Below, piece after piece: positions 57,687-64,000 of a stretch of DNA of 64,000 nucleotides. Numbering within the stretch: the first letter of the stretch is position 1; every line of letters begins with the position of its first letter. The stretch is from NCBI GenBank assembly GCA_041648975.1, contig JBAZNZ010000005.1, forward strand, positions 10,332 to 74,331, written 5' to 3'. A model generated the notes under the pieces. It searched no databases, was not told the origin of the DNA, and saw only the letters and a list, made by a program, of their open reading frames with translations. This DNA comes from Candidatus Omnitrophota bacterium (GTDB lineage Bacteria > Omnitrophota > Gorgyraeia > 2-01-FULL-45-10). The position numbers and the translations under genes were made by a program.

Positions 57687-58961
57687 TTATTCAGCATATG
57701 TTATGCTAACATCTCCAATCTCTATATTTCGCTCTTCAAAATTAACTGGATTATAATATTCATCGTTAACGAAAGAAACACTAAGCACTCTTATACCCCC
57801 ATCTGTTTTTGCGGAAAAGGTGTATTTATTCCATTCTTCTTTTTTAATAAACATTTCCCCAATTTCTTCATCATCTACTCTCACTATTATATATGGATAA
57901 AATCTTTGGTGGTTAGAATCCGCCAACTTTGTCATAAGAAATCTTCTGGCGTTTATTGTTATAACCGCACAACCGGGCTTCATCTTAAGGGGAACGTATA
58001 CTGTACCATTCCAATACATAACCCCATTTACAATTTCGGTTTTTTCATCATATGCCTTGCCGCGCCACTCTTCTTTAGAAATAGCGTATGAAATATCTAT
58101 TGATTCCGTCTGTTTCATAAACGATCTCTTGATATCTTGTATCCGCTTTAATTCATTCCTTCTTTCTTTCTCGAACACAACCGGCTCTTCCAGATGTTTG
58201 TAATAATTCAATTTGGCAATGACTTCTTTGCGGAATTGCCAAAGATTATTGTTTACGATAAAAGCGTATAGGTTTTGATCCGATACTAGATTCTCAGGCG
58301 TTATCGTCTGAAACACCTTGAAATCTTCTGTATGATTCCATAGTTTCGAGTATATATATCCGGATCTGCTGGGATACATCAATATGACATACCGCAGTCT
58401 TTCCAGAATAAATTTTCTTTCTTCGGCATCCAACAACTTCCATATAGAAATGGCCGCATACCCTATCATATATGAAGTATATACACCGGATGGATCTTTC
58501 CGGAAAGCCTCTTTAAAATATTCCATCGTTTTCCTGCGTCCGTCTATTTTTCCGGATTCCGGCTTTCCGGCGCCGGAATACAATTCTATGGTTCCAAGCC
58601 TAATCCAGTATTCGGCATTCGACGGATTAAGCGCTGCCGCCTTCCTATATAGCATCGAAGCCGTATCAAAAACGGCCTCCGAAGTGACTTGCCCCTTGCC
58701 CTGCTCCGTCAGTATATCGCCCAGCCCGGCAGGATATTCGGCATTGAACGGGTCAAGCCTGATGGCAGTCTGCATCTTTCCCTCTGCCTCCGCCCATTGA
58801 TGCCGCGCAGCCAGCTTTTGTGCGGCCGCAGATTCGATCTCGGCTAAGAGCGGGACAAAAATGATGATACAGAGAAACACAAGCAGCGCCGCCAAAACAA
58901 AATTGACCACGATTAATTTCATATACATTACAGTGTTTGACAATAGGATATGCATTGTCAT
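57687..58961 (-). CDS. hypothetical membrane-anchored TPR-repeat protein
   Basis: N-terminal TM helix, TPR-like repeats, C-terminal domain of unknown family. Confidence 0.4.
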   Translation of the reverse strand: MTMHILLSNTVMYMKLIVVNFVLAALLVFLCIIIFVPLLAEIESAAAQKLAARHQWAEAEGKMQTAIRLDPFNAEYPAGLGDILTEQGKGQVTSEAVFDTASMLYRKAAALNPSNAEYWIRLGTIELYSGAGKPESGKIDGRRKTMEYFKEAFRKDPSGVYTSYMIGYAAISIWKLLDAEERKFILERLRYVILMYPSRSGYIYSKLWNHTEDFKVFQTITPENLVSDQNLYAFIVNNNLWQFRKEVIAKLNYYKHLEEPVVFEKERRNELKRIQDIKRSFMKQTESIDISYAISKEEWRGKAYDEKTEIVNGVMYWNGTVYVPLKMKPGCAVITINARRFLMTKLADSNHQRFYPYIIVRVDDEEIGEMFIKKEEWNKYTFSAKTDGGIRVLSVSFVNDEYYNPVNFEERNIEIGDVSITYAE

Positions 58962-58987
58962 GCCGATTCTTTCTTGAATTCAGCAGG

Positions 58988-59890
58988 TTATTCCAGATTT
59001 ACCGCACTAATCATATAATGATAATTGTGGTACGTCTTTATCCAATCATTTTTTTTAAATAATTTATATATCTTATAATTGAGTCGACCAACGGAAGGAT
59101 ACGAATCATTTGGATAAACTTTAATATTGCCGAATCCAATATCCCGTAGAATTTTTTTAACTTCCCAGACATTTGTCGGAAACTCATAATCTGCCGGCCT
59201 ATGGTCAGATCGTTTTAATCTATGATAAATGGTGCGCAATGAACTATATAGAGACCTGGGAAGGAGTATGGATTTAATAAATTGGAACATGCCCCACGCG
59301 TTGGGATCCTCCAGGAATAGAATCCCTCCCGGCTTCAGCAGGCCACGAATAGATTTCAGTAAATATTCTAATTTATTACTCTCGTGGTGCACAACGTCTA
59401 CGCATACAACATAATCAAAAGCATTTTTTTTGAAAGGCAAAAATAAAATATCCCCGGCTACGCAGTTCTTTGCGGCGGAATTTGTTTTTAGATAGTGAAG
59501 CATGCTGTAAACCATATCGAAATTAACAAAAAAATACCCCTTATTTTCAAAATCAGTAAAATTTGTATCATAACCGCATCCTATATTAACAATAGCCTTA
59601 GGTGCTGGCCCGATATTTTGTCTTACCATATTCCAGAATTCCACCTTAGAATTTTTCCACTGCGTTCTTGAAAACTCTTCTTTTTTATTAAAACCGAACG
59701 TCATCATACGCGCAAGGTTCTCTTCTTCTATCAAGTGCGATTTGTCGGTATTTATAGTATATAAAAGAGGGATTTCATTCTTGATTTCGTACGTCATTTT
59801 GCACTGACAGCATCCTAAGTCGCTGCCGTTTTTGATTAAGTTACCGCCGCAGGAAGGACATGCCAAAACTTGCAATATCTCACTATTCAT
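58988..59890 (-). CDS. class I SAM-dependent methyltransferase with an N-terminal Trm112-like zinc ribbon
   Basis: LACPSCGGNL...CCQCK zinc ribbon; Rossmann motif I (VNIGCGYD). Confidence 0.7.
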   Translation of the reverse strand: MNSEILQVLACPSCGGNLIKNGSDLGCCQCKMTYEIKNEIPLLYTINTDKSHLIEEENLARMMTFGFNKKEEFSRTQWKNSKVEFWNMVRQNIGPAPKAIVNIGCGYDTNFTDFENKGYFFVNFDMVYSMLHYLKTNSAAKNCVAGDILFLPFKKNAFDYVVCVDVVHHESNKLEYLLKSIRGLLKPGGILFLEDPNAWGMFQFIKSILLPRSLYSSLRTIYHRLKRSDHRPADYEFPTNVWEVKKILRDIGFGNIKVYPNDSYPSVGRLNYKIYKLFKKNDWIKTYHNYHYMISAVNLE

Positions 59891-59905
59891 TATATTTGAT
59901 ATACC

Positions 59906-61054
59906 TTATTGTATTCGTTTTGAATGACATTGACATTTCAGACCTTCAACCATATATACATTCAACGTTTCTATTGCAACATCATCCCAATTAAATCTTT
60001 TCCTGACCAGTTCAATCTGGCACTTTTTATGTTCCTGCTTCAACATACCGGCAAAAATAGAAATTTTCTCTTTCAATTCATGTATATCCCCCACTTTAAA
60101 ATATCTTTCATCGGCCAATCCTAATTTTTTATTCGGCGGTATGTCGCTCGCTATACAGGATAAACCGTAACTCATTGCTTCAAGTAGTACTATCGGCATA
60201 CCTTCATAATAGGACGGGAGAACAAACAAACCCGCATGGCTGTAAAGCTCTTCGAGAGCTGTCCCGGTAAGCGACCCGGTCAATACAATATCCGGATTGC
60301 GACCGGCCCTCTCCTCGATCGAGGCCGCATACCTGTCTTTATGATCCGAGGCCCCGACGATAACAAGTTTCCATTTTTCACCGGCTATCATGCCGCCCTG
60401 TATCAAACTAAACGCGTCAATCAGGTCGCCGAAACCTTTTTCCGGAACAAACCTCCCTACAGCAAGTATATATCTGTTCTTTGCGAGTGAATATTTCTTA
60501 AGCATCTCCTGGCTCTCAGACGGACTTTTTACGTCCACTCCGTTAGGTATGACGAAGACTCGACGTTTAAACCTACCCGCTATATCGTCTCCGATATGGC
60601 TGGAGATGCATATTACCTCATTGGAAAAGATGCTGCCTGCAGTCTCACCCGCGCGTAAAACAATTCTCGCAAAGATACCCCACTTCTTTCGCTTGTAATC
60701 CGGGCCGTGATTTGTCATCACGACTCTCATTCCTAAAAAGCGGGCTAACGGAACAAACACAGATGGCCCTATGGCATGTATATGAAGAATATCCGGGTCT
60801 ATACGCTTTGCGGCAAAGACACCAATAAACGTATGGATAAAGGCTTCGAGGAATTTATTCTTCGGGCACCGCAGAGGCAATAATTTCACGCCCTCGTATT
60901 CCCGGACCGCGTTGCCGGTATAAGGCTCCCGGGTAAAAATGGTAACATCGCATCCTTTACGGACTAGCCGCGGATATAGATGTTCGCAGTGCGACTCGAC
61001 TCCGCCCTGGATATCTGGAAAACCTCGCGTTCCGAGTACGGCTATCTTCATCAT
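59906..61054 (-). CDS. glycosyltransferase family 4
   Basis: GT-B fold with a GT4-family C-terminal region and the EG..P motif (YEGMPIVLLEAMSYG). Confidence 0.85.
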   Translation of the reverse strand: MMKIAVLGTRGFPDIQGGVESHCEHLYPRLVRKGCDVTIFTREPYTGNAVREYEGVKLLPLRCPKNKFLEAFIHTFIGVFAAKRIDPDILHIHAIGPSVFVPLARFLGMRVVMTNHGPDYKRKKWGIFARIVLRAGETAGSIFSNEVICISSHIGDDIAGRFKRRVFVIPNGVDVKSPSESQEMLKKYSLAKNRYILAVGRFVPEKGFGDLIDAFSLIQGGMIAGEKWKLVIVGASDHKDRYAASIEERAGRNPDIVLTGSLTGTALEELYSHAGLFVLPSYYEGMPIVLLEAMSYGLSCIASDIPPNKKLGLADERYFKVGDIHELKEKISIFAGMLKQEHKKCQIELVRKRFNWDDVAIETLNVYMVEGLKCQCHSKRIQ

Positions 61055-62061
61055 TTAAAGCGCCAATCGATATCGTATTTCAACATCAACCTTACCTTGT
61101 TCTTGATGACCCATATGATCGGTTTCAATATGTTTTTCTTCATAGCCGGCGCGACAGAGCCTACCATCCAACAGTTTTTGCCGCATTTCTTCGCCTCTTT
61201 CCTCACTTCTTCGGCTCTGGCGCCATTCCATATCTTACGAAAAGGCTCTTTTTTAATATTTCCCATGCTCATTTCAAATGCATTGCACGCCATTACCTCC
61301 CCCAACGGATCTATGAAAAATAAATCCACACCGGCGGCACACGGCAGTAACCTATTATTACCATGGGCGTAATTAAGAAGCCCATAATTGAAATAAGCCC
61401 TGAACCAGTCCTTCACCCTTATGTTCATCAATTGATCGGTCATAAGTTTCATTAATTCCCTGTCAAAATCCGCTATTCTGGTTATCGTATTATCAAACTT
61501 ATGGAAATAGTAGGAATTATGGACACAAGCAGTCGCGAACTCCATACCCATATCTTTGGATAAAATATATAGCCCCATCATATCAGATATGTTAGCGTCG
61601 GAAAGCGTTATACCAAAACCGATATCCTTAATCCCCATGCCCTTTAATTCCGTTAATGTCCTCATGCCGCGGTCAAAACAGTCTTTCATGCCTCGCAGAT
61701 CATCATTTACCGTCCGCAATCCCTCAAGACTCACCCTTATCCCGACAGAAGGATATTTCCGGGCTACTGCCAAAATCTTTTCTGTATAATAACCGTTGGT
61801 ACTTATAACGACTCTTCGCGCCTTTAAACTCAATATCCTCACAAAATCGGCAATGTCGTCCCGTATGAAGGGCTCTCCGCCTGTAATGTTACAGAAAGCA
61901 AGGCCGGGCAACGATTCTAAATCCTGCGGTTTTATTTCGTCTTTAGGATCGGTTGGATGCTGCCACGTATTGCACATGCGGCACCTTGCGTTGCACCTAT
62001 ATGTGACTATAACACAACCATCCATCTTGTCTCCATCGTTTATCACGGCTCCATTTAACAA
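61051..62061 (-). CDS. radical SAM protein with a C-terminal SPASM/twitch-like Cys cluster
   Basis: CNARCRMC (CxxxCxxC) plus downstream Cys-rich region (CAAGVD...ACN). Confidence 0.8.
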   Translation of the reverse strand: MLNGAVINDGDKMDGCVIVTYRCNARCRMCNTWQHPTDPKDEIKPQDLESLPGLAFCNITGGEPFIRDDIADFVRILSLKARRVVISTNGYYTEKILAVARKYPSVGIRVSLEGLRTVNDDLRGMKDCFDRGMRTLTELKGMGIKDIGFGITLSDANISDMMGLYILSKDMGMEFATACVHNSYYFHKFDNTITRIADFDRELMKLMTDQLMNIRVKDWFRAYFNYGLLNYAHGNNRLLPCAAGVDLFFIDPLGEVMACNAFEMSMGNIKKEPFRKIWNGARAEEVRKEAKKCGKNCWMVGSVAPAMKKNILKPIIWVIKNKVRLMLKYDIDWRFK

Positions 62062-62077
62062 TTGTCTTTTTCTTAAT

Positions 62078-62719
62078 TCAAAATATAATAATGAAATCGA
62101 GAGTAAAAAATAAAAATCTATTTCTTATAATTTTGTAGCCGGATATATGCGCATCGGATAAAATATTTTTTATCTCCCGCAATGATAATATATTCATATA
62201 AGCGTCCGTTGCCCATTTTTTTCCCGTAATACAAAGATACTTATCGAATAAATTTTTGGGCAATAAATGCAGCAGTGGGGTCCGTGTATGAACCTCTATT
62301 GGAAAATACCGGTTGGGTGTTGTTATAAATACCGAATCCGCAACTCTTTTCGCTTCCCGCAAAAACAATACCTGGCTATCCCTTCTTCCTACATGTTCTA
62401 TTACCGCGTTCGACCAGCAAATATCAAATTGTTTATCTCTGAAAGGAAAAATTCCTCCTTTATACGTGACCGCCTTTACCAGTGGATATCTTTCCGAAAA
62501 CTTATGAGGCGCATCTATCCCTAATGCCGTTATGTTTCCCGGATATGGATAATGTTTTTCTAAAAAATTATCGGATGGACCGTACTCTTCATCGCTGAAA
62601 CCGACATCTATAATAGTGCTTTCGGACGTTGGTTTTAAAATATTTAAAAAAAGCCCCATTTTCTTTGCTCTATTATATGCGGATATTTTCTCAGCGATAG
62701 ACATTTTACCGGGTTTCAT
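62078..62719 (-). CDS. class I SAM-dependent methyltransferase
   Basis: Rossmann motif I (IIDVGFSDE) and methyltransferase type 11-like core. Confidence 0.7.
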   Translation of the reverse strand: MKPGKMSIAEKISAYNRAKKMGLFLNILKPTSESTIIDVGFSDEEYGPSDNFLEKHYPYPGNITALGIDAPHKFSERYPLVKAVTYKGGIFPFRDKQFDICWSNAVIEHVGRRDSQVLFLREAKRVADSVFITTPNRYFPIEVHTRTPLLHLLPKNLFDKYLCITGKKWATDAYMNILSLREIKNILSDAHISGYKIIRNRFLFFTLDFIIIF

Positions 62720-63953
62720 GTTTACTTATTGCCTCATTATATAATTCAATTAATTTTTCATAGTGCTTTTCGCTGTTTAACTCTTCCCTGACAAAAACTA
62801 CGGCGTTTTTGCCCATTTCCATAATCTTCCCTGGGTTAGTTATTAGATATCGAATTTTCGCAACAAGATCGTTTGTATCCCCGGGCTCAAAAGCAAGGCC
62901 GGTAAAACCTTCCTTCACAAGCTCCGCGATCCCCCCTATCCTGGCTCCGATAACAGGCTTTCCTAAAGCAAATCCTTCCATTATCGATCTTGGATTATTC
63001 TCACACCATTCGGAAGGAAGTATGGTGAACATCGATTTCCTTATCTCTTCTTTTAATTCTTTGCCCATTTTATATCCCAAGAATCTTATATTTTGCAGAT
63101 TGAGGCCTTTAACCTCATGTTCTAAAGAGCTTCTCATCGGGCCTTCGCCGATTATTTTTAAAGTTATATTTTTTATATCCTTCATGGCTCTTAACAGGGT
63201 TAAGAGTCCTTTCTCTTCGGAAAGCCTGCCAAAATAAACTACCGACTCTTCTTTCCATGTAAAATCCGGATGGAAATCTTCCATAAATACAAAATTAGGT
63301 AAATATACTATTTTACCCTTAAACCCCATATCCTCTACGGTAGACTTTAAAAATCTGCTCGGCGCTATAAAGACATCGATATAGTCATATATATGAAGTA
63401 TTATATGGTGCAGATACATCTCCGCTTCGTTGACAAGACTCTTTAAAGCCGAATTCTTCACGCATCTTTGCGTAAAACAATTGTAAAACTTTCCATCTTT
63501 GCATAACCTGCATACTTTACCACCTGATATGAGACGATAAGATGCACATACCATTTTATAATCATGCATGGTCATAACCACGGGAATATTATATTTTCTA
63601 ATAGCGTGCAAAATCGAAGGAGATATTTGATGGGCAAAATTATTTAAATGGATTATGTCCGGTTTCACGATTTTTATTAAATCGTCCATCTTTTTTTTTG
63701 CGTCAAGAGAGTATAGAATATTGAAAGCGATCTTTATCCTGCCGGCAATGCCGCCGGGATTTACAAGATCCGCATACGGCACAAAATAATCCTGATAGGG
63801 ATATTCCGGATTGAGAGGATGTTTCATGCCCCAGTATATGACATCGTGGCCTTTTGAAGACAATAACCTGCCGGTAGCGAGAGAGCTCAATGCGTCTCCG
63901 CCTGCATTATACAAAAATTTGTTTACGATCAGGATTTTCATCTTGTACGTCAA
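62706..63953 (-). CDS. glycosyltransferase family 4
   Basis: GT-B fold with a GT4 C-terminal domain (FGRLSEEKG...PSEWCENNPRSIMEGFALGKPVI). Confidence 0.85.
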   Translation of the reverse strand: MTYKMKILIVNKFLYNAGGDALSSLATGRLLSSKGHDVIYWGMKHPLNPEYPYQDYFVPYADLVNPGGIAGRIKIAFNILYSLDAKKKMDDLIKIVKPDIIHLNNFAHQISPSILHAIRKYNIPVVMTMHDYKMVCASYRLISGGKVCRLCKDGKFYNCFTQRCVKNSALKSLVNEAEMYLHHIILHIYDYIDVFIAPSRFLKSTVEDMGFKGKIVYLPNFVFMEDFHPDFTWKEESVVYFGRLSEEKGLLTLLRAMKDIKNITLKIIGEGPMRSSLEHEVKGLNLQNIRFLGYKMGKELKEEIRKSMFTILPSEWCENNPRSIMEGFALGKPVIGARIGGIAELVKEGFTGLAFEPGDTNDLVAKIRYLITNPGKIMEMGKNAVVFVREELNSEKHYEKLIELYNEAISKHETR

Positions 63954-64000
63954 TGTGTTCCGATTACAGCCAATATCTTATTTATACTCAACATGACTAT

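Overview
This 64-kb window is gene-dense with small intergenic gaps. It appears to come from a diderm bacterium (mlaFED, lolCDE, lptE, a BamD-like TPR protein, lnt, secA), yet it carries a Firmicutes-like synteny block (yacL-ispD-ispF-cysE-cysS) and mcsA-mcsB-clpC with no ctsR. I cannot assign a phylum from sequence alone.

Layout:
- 1-22656, minus strand: 24 co-directional genes, from tmk through cysS, cysE, ispF, ispD, yacL, mlaD, mlaF, mlaE, an AsmA-like gene, clpC, mcsB, mcsA, ilvE, a hypothetical gene, lolD, lolE and lysS, ending in two paralogous PAS-GGDEF-HD-GYP genes.
- 22815-27592, plus strand: ECF sigma factor, anti-sigma factor, spoVG, yraN, comM, and a REP/RAYT cassette.
- 27875-48092, minus strand (rpsT on plus): ArnT-like GT39 plus SemiSWEET, lnt, secA, prfB (classic +1 programmed frameshift site present), MGMT-like gene, uvrC, murJ, holA, lptE, BamD-like protein, PilZ protein, comEC, comEA, leuS, nfo.
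- 48105-48478: tRNA-Leu(CAA) and tRNA-Ala(GGC).
- 48481-64000: a polysaccharide locus (Wzc/Wza/OMP, WbaP, Wzy/WaaL-like ligase, two GT4 glycosyltransferases, radical SAM/SPASM protein, two methyltransferases) with an embedded envelope module (SurA_N-like lipoprotein, HAMP-only protein, HExxH protein, FecR-like protein).

The non-genic structure is the most unusual part:
1. A family of heptamer-repeat hairpins, (R-TAAGTT)n-loop-(AACTTAY)n, sits at intercistronic junctions inside operons, and partial copies lie in-frame inside two genes.
2. A REP/RAYT system has GTAG...CTAC hairpins around a GTTTAAAC core, each tipped by a perfect DnaA-box 9-mer (TTATCCACA) that forms terminal inverted repeats. 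It is flanked by a comM 3' duplicate that differs almost entirely at synonymous sites.
3. A third hairpin family, CCCCGCCC/GGGCGGGG, occurs with a conserved AATGRACCCCGCCC motif overlapping the start regions of mcsB, ilvE and comEC.
4. A 41-nt promoter-like motif is duplicated upstream of the anti-sigma gene and of spoVG.
5. The large GGDEF/HD-GYP gene has a frameshifted N-terminal PAS domain.
6. An AATCGCTTAA motif cluster lies upstream of prfB.
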